Origin: Promethearchaeota archaeon
Lineage (GTDB): Archaea > Asgardarchaeota > Lokiarchaeia > Sigyniarchaeales > SOKP01
NCBI GenBank assembly: GCA_016840165.1
Contig: JAEOSU010000051.1
Location: forward strand, 192,001 to 256,000
Length of the DNA stretch: 64,000 nucleotides
Reading direction: 5' to 3'
Shown: positions 1 to 12,938 of the stretch, piece by piece
Position numbering within the stretch: the first letter of the stretch is position 1
Layout of the letters: each line of letters starts with the position of its first letter
Notes under the pieces: model-generated
Databases searched by the model: none
Seen by the model: only the letters and a program-made list of their open reading frames with translations
Told to the model about the DNA's origin: nothing
Position numbers and translations under genes: made by a program

Positions 1-174
1 TAACAATCCTATAATGTTTTATGAATATTCTTAGAGTTAGAAAAGTTATTAAAATTTAATAAACCTTGAGTTTCTAATTTAATAGAACTTCTCTCTATTC
101 TGCCTATATCAAATAACCTTATAATTTTATAAAAATGAAATAGATAAAATCTGAGATTGTCAAACTTTAGTGTA

Positions 175-906
175 TTATTCCTCACTTTTACTAAGCCAGT
201 TCATAATTAATTTACTTATTTCCTGTTCTGCTTGTTTTTTTGTTTTACTTGGATTAGACTTCAGGTTTTTGGGTAATTTCAAAAGCTTTTTTCCTTTTTG
301 ATCAAGGATTTTTGGATTTTTCGCTATCCATTGGAGATTGTGTTGAGCACCCACCGCAAGGTATTGGTATTCAATTATAGGTGTAATATTATATCTTTCT
401 TGGATTAGCTCTAATAAATCATTCTTAGGTGAATAAGAATAATCTGCAACGATTTCATCCCAATCAGTAAAAAACCTATCAACAATTTTAGTTTTTACGG
501 CTAATAAATCCTCTTTAGCATCTATAAATATTGCGCCACATAATGCCTCAAACACATCAGAGATAATAGAAGAATCTTTAATGTTTTGATTGCTTGATGC
601 GTATATATAATTCCATAATTTCATTTTAGTGGCAATCCTTCGAAAAGCCTGATTACTTTCAAGGCATTGCTTAATCTTGGTTAAATTTCCAGGGGTTTCT
701 ACTCCAAAATCTTTATATAGTTTTATACTAAGTATGAGTTTTATTACCGCATCTCCTAAAGTTTCTAAAATTTCATAATGAGCTATATTAAGCTCATTTC
801 CTAATTGCGGTGTGGTTAACGCTTGACGTAAGATCGATGGATCGTTAAAGGTATAGTGAATGTATTTTTGAAGCTCGCTTAATTTATATTCGTCGTGCAT
901 TTTCAT
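175..906 (-). CDS. rnc: Ribonuclease III family protein with C-terminal dsRBD-like region
   Basis: Signature EILETLGDAV (cf. ERLEFLGDA), second acidic motif SDVFEALCGAIFID, QALT upstream, dsRBD-like PKNDLLELIQ...KTKKQAEQE. Confidence 0.85.
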   Translation of the reverse strand: MKMHDEYKLSELQKYIHYTFNDPSILRQALTTPQLGNELNIAHYEILETLGDAVIKLILSIKLYKDFGVETPGNLTKIKQCLESNQAFRRIATKMKLWNYIYASSNQNIKDSSIISDVFEALCGAIFIDAKEDLLAVKTKIVDRFFTDWDEIVADYSYSPKNDLLELIQERYNITPIIEYQYLAVGAQHNLQWIAKNPKILDQKGKKLLKLPKNLKSNPSKTKKQAEQEISKLIMNWLSKSEE

Positions 907-946
907 AACTAATTTTTGGAAAAATTTAAAAATTTATACTCGCCAT

Positions 947-1390
947 ATGTATTATATGAAACCAGAAGAAATTGATAAAACACTTTTACTAATAAATGAT
1001 TTGGACGAAAAAAGAAAGCAAATCCATTCTCTGCTTTCCAAAATGGCAGTATCATCACGATTAGATCTCCTTGAAGAGATCACAAAAGACGTGCTAGATA
1101 AGAATGTTGCTCTTCAAGAAATGGGATATACACAAGAAAAAGTAAAAGCAAGTGAAAGCGATGGAGAAAGTGAATCACAAACAATTATGAATACTATTGA
1201 TAACCTTATATCAAATATTAAAACTAATCCTTCCATTAAAATAATTTACATTAAACTTTTCTTAGACAGGTTTCATGAAATTTCTGATCAAGATAAAAAC
1301 GCGATTCTCCAAGATGTTAAGGACTTAGATCCTGATAAATTAAAAGAAAAGTTATTACCTCTAATTTCTATATTCGAATTGGATAAATAG
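947..1390 (+). CDS. Hypothetical, predicted all-helical protein
   Basis: 147-aa ORF divergent from rnc across 40 bp; no recognised motif. Confidence 0.6.
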   Translation: MYYMKPEEIDKTLLLINDLDEKRKQIHSLLSKMAVSSRLDLLEEITKDVLDKNVALQEMGYTQEKVKASESDGESESQTIMNTIDNLISNIKTNPSIKIIYIKLFLDRFHEISDQDKNAILQDVKDLDPDKLKEKLLPLISIFELDK

Positions 1391-1432
1391 AAACTTAAAA
1401 AGAAAAGCATGAAAAAGAAGTGTTCTTCTTAC

Positions 1433-1831
1433 TTAATCATACTTAAATAGGTCTAGCAGTACAAGTACGTTCTTAATGCCCCGGATTTTAATTCGAAAAG
1501 TTAATATTTTTGCAATAATGCTTCCCATTGAAACATTTTCACCACCAAGTAGATCAACAAACGTTTCTGTTTTCGTTTGGAGAAGTCCATCCCAACCCGC
1601 ATTTTTCTTTTTGATATTCTCCTTTGGTTCATTTTTTATTCCTTCAACGTATATCTTTCCGTGGTCTATAATAAGCATAGCTGCCCATTTACCATCTTTC
1701 GCATTAAGTAAAATTTTCAATTCTCTATCCTTGAAATCTTCCCTAAATTTCTCAATTTCATTAAGAGGTTCAACTTGCTTTGAGACTATCCCAGCAAAAC
1801 CTCTTAATTTTTTCTTTTTTTCCTCAGTCAT
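1433..1831 (-). CDS. SCP2 sterol/lipid-binding domain-like protein
   Basis: Size and pattern (LIIDHGKIYV...DGLLQTKTETFVDLLGG...RIKIRG) resemble the SCP2 fold. Confidence 0.55.
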   Translation of the reverse strand: MTEEKKKKLRGFAGIVSKQVEPLNEIEKFREDFKDRELKILLNAKDGKWAAMLIIDHGKIYVEGIKNEPKENIKKKNAGWDGLLQTKTETFVDLLGGENVSMGSIIAKILTFRIKIRGIKNVLVLLDLFKYD

Positions 1832-1955
1832 ATTATCATATCACTTTTTTCCTATATGAAAGTTAATTTGATTAAATATGATATAAAGTTTTAATTTTTC
1901 TATATTTTACTAATAGAAATTATAAGGAAGAAAAATAAGTCTAATACGTAATGTG

Positions 1956-2204
1956 TTAATACCCATCTGCTTCAGATAAATCAAAGAATTCTTCGTAGGC
2001 TTTTCTATCTTGATCCGATATTCTCTCGCCTCTTAATCCTTCTTTAACAACGATTGGAGCAGTTTCTTTTTCATCGTGTTTTATAGTTTTCACTAATTTG
2101 TAATTTTCTCCTTTATCTAACTCAAATTCAAGATCACAAGCTTTACAGTATAGCTTCTTATTTTTCGGGATCAATATATTATCGCAATTTGGACAGAAAC
2201 GCAC
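1956..2204 (-). CDS. TFS/RpoM-like protein, N-terminal zinc ribbon only
   Basis: MRFCPNCDNILIP...LYCKAC matches the TFS/RpoM N-ribbon; GTG start; no second ribbon. Confidence 0.7.
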   Translation of the reverse strand: MRFCPNCDNILIPKNKKLYCKACDLEFELDKGENYKLVKTIKHDEKETAPIVVKEGLRGERISDQDRKAYEEFFDLSEADGY

Positions 2205-2507
2205 CGTTTAATATCACCTAACTATTTTATGTGTTTACTATTTTGTTCAAGTATTTGTATTAGGATATATAAAAAATATAACTCACTTATAAATTTACTC
2301 AAAAAATACCTTAAACCATAAGATTTGTCATCATTTACATATTTAAATTTTTCGAATTCTTTATTTATGTGTTGATAAAGATCTGATTATTTTCTATAAG
2401 CTACTACCTTTTAGAACCCCTCTACTTTTTCTTAAAATGGTTATTTAAGTAAATGTAAAATTTTAATGGTTTAGTATATTCTAAATTATAATTATTTTAA
2501 GAAAAAA

Positions 2508-3236
2508 TTGATACAGATGGTAAATATTAAATCTGATATTCTTGTTATTGGTCATAAAGGAGCAAGCAAGACGGAACCAGAAAATACTTTAAGGTCATTC
2601 AAACGTGCAATCGACTTGGAAGCAGATTTTATTGAATTAGATGTCCAGTTTTCAAAAGATAAAGAGATTGTGGTATTCCATGATTATGATATAGAAAGAA
2701 TAACGGGTCAAGACGGATATATTGAAGAGATGACTGTTAAGGAATTGAAACAATATGATATTGGAGAGGGTGAGTCGATACCAACCTTAAAAGAAGTTAT
2801 TTCTCTTACTAAAGGTAAAATTGGTTTACAGATTGAATTAAAAGAAGAAGGAACTGGAAAAGTCGTCATTGATATGCTTAGAGACGCAAATCTCATCGAT
2901 TCTACCATTATAAGTTCATTTAATCATAAAGAATTATTAATAGTACAAAAAATTGAACCGAGGATCCGACTAGGAGCATTAATTTCTGAAAGAGTTTCAA
3001 CTCCTTCAGATCTGAAAAAAGCTACTAAAAGGATTATTAAGAAAAAGTTTTTCGCAGTACATCCTCATTATGGAGGAGTAGATAAGGATTTAGTTGAATA
3101 TGCTCATAGTAATAATTTAAAGGTAAACGTATGGACTGTAAATGAAAAACAGGATATTCAGCGAATGATAGACATTGGTGTGGATGGAATTATTAGTGAT
3201 GATATTCCTTTACTTAAAAGCTTACTAGGTCGTTAA
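2508..3236 (+). CDS. Glycerophosphodiester phosphodiesterase
   Basis: GHKGA...PENTL, IELDVQ, VVFHD, VWTVN, GIISD motifs; start may be ATG at 2517. Confidence 0.9.
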   Translation: MIQMVNIKSDILVIGHKGASKTEPENTLRSFKRAIDLEADFIELDVQFSKDKEIVVFHDYDIERITGQDGYIEEMTVKELKQYDIGEGESIPTLKEVISLTKGKIGLQIELKEEGTGKVVIDMLRDANLIDSTIISSFNHKELLIVQKIEPRIRLGALISERVSTPSDLKKATKRIIKKKFFAVHPHYGGVDKDLVEYAHSNNLKVNVWTVNEKQDIQRMIDIGVDGIISDDIPLLKSLLGR

Positions 3237-3305
3237 TTAAATTTACCCATTTAACAAAATATTTTAGGCAAAGAACACTATTTCATTTAATCCTTTAAAT
3301 CATTT

Positions 3306-4832
3306 ATGGACTTTCTATTGAAGATAATGACAATTGAAACTAATTCTATTGTTCAAGAATTCGAAAAATTATTTTATCCGAGAGCAATAGGTATTATTGG
3401 AGCCTCCTACAACCCTGCGGGAGGGGGTTATTTTGTTGATATTATGCGCGGAAGGTTTCGAAATCCAGTTTATCTCTTTAATCCACGCTTAGCAGGTGAA
3501 GAGTTATATGGTTATAAGGTTTATAGCTCAATTTTAGAAATTCCTGAAGAAAATCCCATAGATTATGTAATTATAGGAGTACCAGCCAAGATTGTTCCGG
3601 GAATTTTAGAAGAAATTGGTCAAAAAAGAGTTCCCTTTGTTACGATTTTTGCCTCAGGATTTGGTGAAGTAGGAAATTTAGAATTAGAAAAACAAGTACT
3701 TTCTATAGCAAAGAAATATAATATTCGCATTATTGGTCCCAACTGTTTGGGTATATACAATCCTGAAGTAGGTCTTTATATAGGGAGAGGACAATCTAAG
3801 AAAGCGGGTAATTTTGGAGCCGTTCTCCAATCAGGAGGGTTAGCCGTAAATGTAGCACAGTTAGCGGTTGCATATGGTATTGAAGTTTCAAAAATGATTT
3901 CCATAGGTAATGCCATAGATCTGTCCCATCCAGATTTTTTAGAGTATTTCCTAAATGATAATAAGACAGCGATTATCGGACTTTATCTCGAAAATTTAAA
4001 AACCAGAGAAAATGGTCGAAGATTTATGGAAGCAGCAAAAGCGTGTAGCCTGAATCGTAAACCCGTCATACTATGGAGAGCAGGATATGGAGAAACCACG
4101 AAAAAAGCCATAATGTCTCATACAGGAGGTCTTGCAGGAAATAACAAAATATGGGAAGCTGTTGCAAAGCAGACGGGATGCTTGTTAGTAAGAAATTCCA
4201 CTGAGTTAGCTGCTTTAGGAAGTGCTTTTAAATTAACCCGTCTTCCAAGTACCAGAAATATAGGTCTAATAGGTATTGGTGGAGGTTCTACTATCGAAGC
4301 AGGAGATACATTGGAAAAATATAATATCAAGATTCCACGTTTAACCGATAAAACGATTCAGAAAATGGGGCGATTCCTCAATGATGTCAATACTAATTTT
4401 AGCAATCCAATTGACCTTGGTGCTCAGGGAGCACTCCCTAATATTTATTATAGAACTATATTAACCTTAGATAAAGATCCTAACATTTCTGCGATAATAT
4501 TTGTTAAGGATCCAGAACGATTTGGAAATCTTCAAAGTTCGTTAATTAGTCAAATGGGATTCGATCAAGGGACCGATCTAAATAGAGCATTTATTAAATA
4601 TATAGGTAAAGCAAAAAGACTTTGTAAAAAACCGATGATCTGCGTAATGCTAAAAATCTCTGAGGGATTTGAAGAGTATAAGAGTCGGTATAAGTTCAAG
4701 TTAAGATTATTAAACCGCAATGTTCCTGTCTTTGAAAACTTTGATATTGCAGGAATGGTTATAGATCGAATGAATACCTATCGAGAATTTTTACAGAAAC
4801 ATGGGAAATATCCAAAGAATCCTGCCATATAA
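3306..4832 (+). CDS. NDP-forming acyl-CoA synthetase alpha-like (CoA-binding) subunit
   Basis: IGIIGAS, GPNCLG, QSGG, SIGN, phospho-His motif SHTGGLAG, NPIDL; no ATP-grasp domain. Confidence 0.85.
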   Translation: MDFLLKIMTIETNSIVQEFEKLFYPRAIGIIGASYNPAGGGYFVDIMRGRFRNPVYLFNPRLAGEELYGYKVYSSILEIPEENPIDYVIIGVPAKIVPGILEEIGQKRVPFVTIFASGFGEVGNLELEKQVLSIAKKYNIRIIGPNCLGIYNPEVGLYIGRGQSKKAGNFGAVLQSGGLAVNVAQLAVAYGIEVSKMISIGNAIDLSHPDFLEYFLNDNKTAIIGLYLENLKTRENGRRFMEAAKACSLNRKPVILWRAGYGETTKKAIMSHTGGLAGNNKIWEAVAKQTGCLLVRNSTELAALGSAFKLTRLPSTRNIGLIGIGGGSTIEAGDTLEKYNIKIPRLTDKTIQKMGRFLNDVNTNFSNPIDLGAQGALPNIYYRTILTLDKDPNISAIIFVKDPERFGNLQSSLISQMGFDQGTDLNRAFIKYIGKAKRLCKKPMICVMLKISEGFEEYKSRYKFKLRLLNRNVPVFENFDIAGMVIDRMNTYREFLQKHGKYPKNPAI

Positions 4833-4835
4833 AAA

Positions 4836-5633
4836 TCATTTTTCATAATTTCGCTCAATAGGTCTACCGGGACTCCCTTGATAAAAGAACTTATCTGGTT
4901 TTCCTCTCCAATTTTTATGCAGTACCGTATTTGGAAAAATTACATTATTCGCATTGGTAACTGCATTGGGACCCGCTATAGCTCCGGGATATAGGGTAGT
5001 ATTATCACCCAATTTAATTTCGAGCATTGTTATTTTACCAAATATTGTATTTACCGCATGGCTAGAGAGAGCTGAAGTAGGATAAAAAAAGGTATTTTCT
5101 CCTAAATCTGTGAACTCTAAGCCTACATACGCATCGCAATAAATAACATTATGCGCAATTTTATTATGGCTAATTCTTCGAAGCGCTCGATTTACCAACC
5201 AGGGAAACATCGACTTTGACGTCAACCACATCGGAAATTTGATAATGAAACCCCTGCGATGGTAAAATTTCATCATTTTGCCTTCCTCACTGTTTAAATC
5301 ATCCAAAACTCTTTGAAAAACTCCTTGTTTTGGAGGTGATTTTTTATGCCACCGGGAAGCCCAGAAAGCCGTAAATTCTACAAGAAGTATAAGATAGACA
5401 TAATAAAGCATAATAAGAAAACATGGAATAAAGAATAAATGAAAGATGGGGTCAAGAGGAAATAGTATTGCAAAAAGATATATGTATAATATAAATAACC
5501 CAAGACATGGGTATAAAGGCACAATAAAACTCAATAGATTAATTTTAAAGAAATCTAGTACTGGAAGCTCGACAGTTTTTTTTTCTTCCATTTCATTTAT
5601 ATTGCTATTATTATTTCTCTTATTATTCTTCAT
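4836..5633 (-). CDS. Membrane protein with C-terminal left-handed beta-helix (acyltransferase-like) region
   Basis: Two N-terminal hydrophobic helices followed by LGENT/SSH/IKLGDNTTLYPGA/YQGSPG hexapeptide-like segments. Confidence 0.55.
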   Translation of the reverse strand: MKNNKRNNNSNINEMEEKKTVELPVLDFFKINLLSFIVPLYPCLGLFILYIYLFAILFPLDPIFHLFFIPCFLIMLYYVYLILLVEFTAFWASRWHKKSPPKQGVFQRVLDDLNSEEGKMMKFYHRRGFIIKFPMWLTSKSMFPWLVNRALRRISHNKIAHNVIYCDAYVGLEFTDLGENTFFYPTSALSSHAVNTIFGKITMLEIKLGDNTTLYPGAIAGPNAVTNANNVIFPNTVLHKNWRGKPDKFFYQGSPGRPIERNYEK

Positions 5634-5693
5634 ATTGATAATATTGTTCGTAATTGATTAAAAAATTATTCATAGATTTTATGGAAAAATAGT

Positions 5694-6632
5694 ATGGTCG
5701 ATTTTATAACTACAATTTTAGGAATCTCAATTGCATTAATTGCGACCTGTTGTTTCAATTTTAGCATCATTCTCTTAAAAATAGGTTTAAGGGAAGGTAA
5801 ACAAATAAAGTTTGATGAGGGGATAAGAAGTCTTTTAAATGTCTTTAAAGAACTTAGTAAACATAAGTTATGGGTTATTGGAACCGCTCTTGGAGCAATT
5901 GGGATGATTCCATATGCAATAGCAATGGGTTTGGTTGGCATTATTGTTGTACAACCAATTATGAGTGTAGGATTAATTATTTTTTTTATTTCTGCTGTGG
6001 TTGTACTTAAGGAAAAAGTTAATTATTTAGAAGTTATTCCTATTATACTATTAATATCTGTGCCCTTCCTTATTGGTTTAGCTCAGATATCAGAGGTTGT
6101 TATCGATTTATATACTTTTGTAGTACCTTTTCTAATTCTTTTTTCTATACTATTTACTTTAAGCTTAATTAGTTATCTTTATTCTAAAAAGAAGAGAGGA
6201 ACAAGACTTGAAGGCATTTTTATAACATTTACTGGCTCGATATTTTACTCTCTTGGTGCCATATTTACTAATATATTAGCTCAAGCATTAGTTGATTCAA
6301 GCATTTTTGTTCCCTTCTTCTGGGAAATTATCTTTGGAATCTTTTGGTTTGATTATTTACATTTATGGGTATTTATTGGCTTCTGGGGTTTAGTCATATT
6401 CAATATAACTAGCGTAATTTTTATCCAAAGCTCTCTTCAGAGAAGTAAAGCAATCTTGGTGATACCAATTCAAAATTCTATATCGTTTATATTACCAGTA
6501 ATCGCGGGGTTACTTGTTTTCAATCAAAGTTTTAAATATGACCTTTTTTTTATTGTCACGATCATTATCGTTTTGATTTCGACGGTAATGCTTAGTAAAT
6601 ATCAAGCTTCGATAGAAAGTATAGAAAATTAG
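5694..6632 (+). CDS. DMT superfamily transporter (NIPA/EamA-like)
   Basis: About 9 hydrophobic helices, LWVIG...VVQP...LKEK pattern. Confidence 0.65.
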   Translation: MVDFITTILGISIALIATCCFNFSIILLKIGLREGKQIKFDEGIRSLLNVFKELSKHKLWVIGTALGAIGMIPYAIAMGLVGIIVVQPIMSVGLIIFFISAVVVLKEKVNYLEVIPIILLISVPFLIGLAQISEVVIDLYTFVVPFLILFSILFTLSLISYLYSKKKRGTRLEGIFITFTGSIFYSLGAIFTNILAQALVDSSIFVPFFWEIIFGIFWFDYLHLWVFIGFWGLVIFNITSVIFIQSSLQRSKAILVIPIQNSISFILPVIAGLLVFNQSFKYDLFFIVTIIIVLISTVMLSKYQASIESIEN

Positions 6633-6643
6633 AATTAACTTTT

Positions 6644-9766
<3,123 letters not shown>

Positions 9767-9960
9767 TCAATTAATATCAATTTTTTGCTACTAAAAACAT
9801 TAAATATTGTAGCTTTAAAACAATAGATAATCCATAATTGATAGACTTATGAGAATGAGACAATAAATTTAATTAAAAGTATTTATTTAAATTTATACCA
9901 CTTAAAGCTATATTAACTTTTTTTTTAAGTTATGATTAACAAAAGAGAAACATCCTTATT

Positions 9961-11196
9961 ATGCAAAATGATGAATTAAATGTGAATAATCAAAATAACA
10001 GGAAGATATTCAAATACAAGAACTTAATGCCACTTTGGATTGCGGTGTTTATCGATATCCTTGGATTTACTTTGATTTTTCCGATAGCTCCTTATTTTGC
10101 AGACTTATTTAGCACTTCAACTTTTATGATTGGACTAGTATTTTCCGTAAATGCCATGTTTGGGTTTGTTTTCGGACCAATATTAGGAAAACTATCAGAT
10201 AAATTTGGAAGAAGACCATTATTGCTAATTTCACAAATGGGAACCTGTATTGGATTTCTTTTACTCGCATTTTCTAATACTTTAGAAATGCTCTTCATTT
10301 CAAGAATGGTGGATGGTATTTTTGGAGGGAATTTTCCCATTGCGAAAGCTATTGTGAGTGATGATGTTCCCCCCAAGGATAGAGGAATACAAATGGCTAA
10401 TGTCGGCATAGCTCATGTGTTAGCTAACTTATTTGGACCTGGTTTAGGTGGGATATTATTTACCATAGGAGGAAGTATATTTTTACCAGGTCTGTTTGCG
10501 GCAGGCTTATCAATTCTAACTATGATCTTAACTATTATTTTCTTAAATGAGACATGGCCAAAAGAAAAGCGTGATGAACATGCCAAGCTAAAAATTCACA
10601 TAGATATAAAAATTCGGAAAAATAAAAACGCAAAGTTTTTATTAACTTTATTTGGGTTTCATTCCACCTCCTTTATGATTATGATGGCCTCGATATCCTT
10701 TTTTGGAAAGATAGTTTTCAATTTGGATCCTTTAGAGATTTCAATTATATTGATGATTGGGGGGTTAGTGCGAACCTCGATAAGATTCACTTTGTTTAAA
10801 CCAACCGTTAGGAGATTAGGAGAGGCAAATGCTATCCGAGTAGGCTTGACGATGTTTTTGATTTGCTTCTCTATTATAGGTTTTTCTGTAAACGTGATTA
10901 TGTTTTTAGTCCTTTTGATCTTTATTAGTTTTGCTGCATCTTTGACACGTGGTCCACTTAATAGTAAAATTAGTCAAACTGTCTCTCCAAAAGTACAAGG
11001 AAAAATTAATGGACTTTCATCTTCTTTAGATAGTTTTGCTCAGATAATGGGACCACTTATTGGGACTTTTATCCTTCAGTTTTTTATGCCCTACTGGCTA
11101 GGTATAGTGGTAGCATCAATTGCCTTTCCACCAGTTATCATGGCTTTTCAAAAAATTGAACTAAAGGTCTATCAACCATCAGAGCAACAATCCTAA
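9961..11196 (+). CDS. MFS transporter (TetA/DHA1-like)
   Basis: Motif A GKLSDKFGRRP, FIDILG, about 12 TM segments. Confidence 0.9.
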   Translation: MQNDELNVNNQNNRKIFKYKNLMPLWIAVFIDILGFTLIFPIAPYFADLFSTSTFMIGLVFSVNAMFGFVFGPILGKLSDKFGRRPLLLISQMGTCIGFLLLAFSNTLEMLFISRMVDGIFGGNFPIAKAIVSDDVPPKDRGIQMANVGIAHVLANLFGPGLGGILFTIGGSIFLPGLFAAGLSILTMILTIIFLNETWPKEKRDEHAKLKIHIDIKIRKNKNAKFLLTLFGFHSTSFMIMMASISFFGKIVFNLDPLEISIILMIGGLVRTSIRFTLFKPTVRRLGEANAIRVGLTMFLICFSIIGFSVNVIMFLVLLIFISFAASLTRGPLNSKISQTVSPKVQGKINGLSSSLDSFAQIMGPLIGTFILQFFMPYWLGIVVASIAFPPVIMAFQKIELKVYQPSEQQS

Positions 11197-11210
11197 ACAA
11201 AAAAGTAATT

Positions 11211-12047
11211 TTAACTTTTTAAAAAATCGATTATTATCTTATTTATCTCTGGTGCTCTGGATATTGGAGAGTTATGTCCAGCTCTTTCAATAATAACTAA
11301 TCTACTATTTGGTATTATTTTTTCAAGCTCGATCAATACATTTTTAGTAGTTAATCTGTCATGAGAAGAGGCTATTAGTAACGTATTGAGTCTAATCTTT
11401 TTTAAATCATCATAACTATTTGGTGGATATATTGCGTTTGATTGATTAACAACATCTTGAGGAGTTACAGGGTTTAAATTCTGGATGTCAATTAAATCTT
11501 GAACTGACCATAGTCCATAAAATTTTTTATCCGGGTTAGTTTTCATTTCTTTTCTAAATTTGAAATGATATCCTAATCGAGCACTTGTCCAAAATGCTTC
11601 TTCTTTGTTTTTATTTCTAAATTCTAACTCATCTAATGAATTTTTCACAAGTATTTCCACAGCTTGTCTATTTGGAGCGCCTCTCACCGTGTTTATCAAA
11701 ATAAGTTTTTCTATACGCTCTGGATACTTAACTGCGAATTTTTGGACTATAATTCCTCCCATGGACCAACCTATAATGTGAGCCTTATCAATTTTAAGAT
11801 AATCCATTAATCCGTTTATATCATCTGCGAGTATATCTAATGTATTTGGAATATTTGGTCGATCTGAACATCCCCCATTCCTATTATCAAATCGAATTAC
11901 TCGAAAATGTTTAGAAAGTGGAATCCATTGACCAATCCAACCTTCTTTATTTCCTGTAAATCCATGAACTAATAGAACTGGAAAACCTTTTCCTTTTTCT
12001 TCATAACATATGTTTATACCATTATTTTTTGCATATTCTTCAGTCAT
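11211..12047 (-). CDS. Alpha/beta hydrolase (copy 3)
   Basis: HGF, DNRNGG, nucleophile GWSMGG, AGH. Confidence 0.9.
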   Translation of the reverse strand: MTEEYAKNNGINICYEEKGKGFPVLLVHGFTGNKEGWIGQWIPLSKHFRVIRFDNRNGGCSDRPNIPNTLDILADDINGLMDYLKIDKAHIIGWSMGGIIVQKFAVKYPERIEKLILINTVRGAPNRQAVEILVKNSLDELEFRNKNKEEAFWTSARLGYHFKFRKEMKTNPDKKFYGLWSVQDLIDIQNLNPVTPQDVVNQSNAIYPPNSYDDLKKIRLNTLLIASSHDRLTTKNVLIELEKIIPNSRLVIIERAGHNSPISRAPEINKIIIDFLKS

Positions 12048-12060
12048 CTATATCTACTTT

Positions 12061-12897
12061 TTATTCTTTTAAAAAATCGATTATGATCTTATTTACTTCT
12101 GGTGCCTTTTCTTTTGAAACTCCATGTCGTGCATCTTTTATCACCTTGAAAATACTGTTAGCGATTTGTTCATGGATATTTCTTTGCACTGAGAGAGTAG
12201 CGATTCGGTCTTTTTCTCCACAAATTATAAGCGTCTTACTTTTAATTTCATGGAGGCGATCTTTGACATTATGACCTTTAACTGCACTTGCAGCGTTATT
12301 GTTATCATCAGGGGTAGGAGGATTTGTTAAATCTATGTTTACTAAATCCTCTACAGACCACAAATCAAAAAACTTCTTCTTTGGATTTTGTTGCATCATT
12401 TTAAAAAATTCACGAGAATAACTAGCTTTTGCGCTTTTTAAAAACGCATTAAGAGGATCCTTTTTTAGTTCTTCAAAATAAGCTATTTTTCCCTTGCTAT
12501 ACATTTCTGGACCCTGCTCGTTAGGAAAACCTGGCCAAGAATTAATTAAAATAAATTTATTTACAAGTTCAGGATATTTTAAAATAAAATTAAGAGCGAT
12601 CATGCCTCCTAAAGATTCTCCTAATAAATGCGTTTTTTCTATATTGAGAAATTTCAATAAACCATTAATATCATCAGCGTACATATCCATTGTGTAGGGG
12701 TAATTAGGTCTAGAGCTCTTACCAGCTCCTCTATTATCGAATATTATAACTTTAAAATATTTTGATAAAGCTTTGACTTGAACAAACCAGCCATCCTTTG
12801 AACCACCCCATCCATGCACTAATATGAGGGGTTCTCCTTCGCCATGTATTTCATAACAAATTTTTATTCCATTAACTTCAGCATACAATACTGTCAT
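12061..12897 (-). CDS. Alpha/beta hydrolase (copy 2)
   Basis: HGW, DNRGAG, GESLGG, GEKD, ARH. Confidence 0.9.
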   Translation of the reverse strand: MTVLYAEVNGIKICYEIHGEGEPLILVHGWGGSKDGWFVQVKALSKYFKVIIFDNRGAGKSSRPNYPYTMDMYADDINGLLKFLNIEKTHLLGESLGGMIALNFILKYPELVNKFILINSWPGFPNEQGPEMYSKGKIAYFEELKKDPLNAFLKSAKASYSREFFKMMQQNPKKKFFDLWSVEDLVNIDLTNPPTPDDNNNAASAVKGHNVKDRLHEIKSKTLIICGEKDRIATLSVQRNIHEQIANSIFKVIKDARHGVSKEKAPEVNKIIIDFLKE

Positions 12898-12938
12898 ACA
12901 AATCAGTTTAGTAGGATAATATTATACTATAATATACT

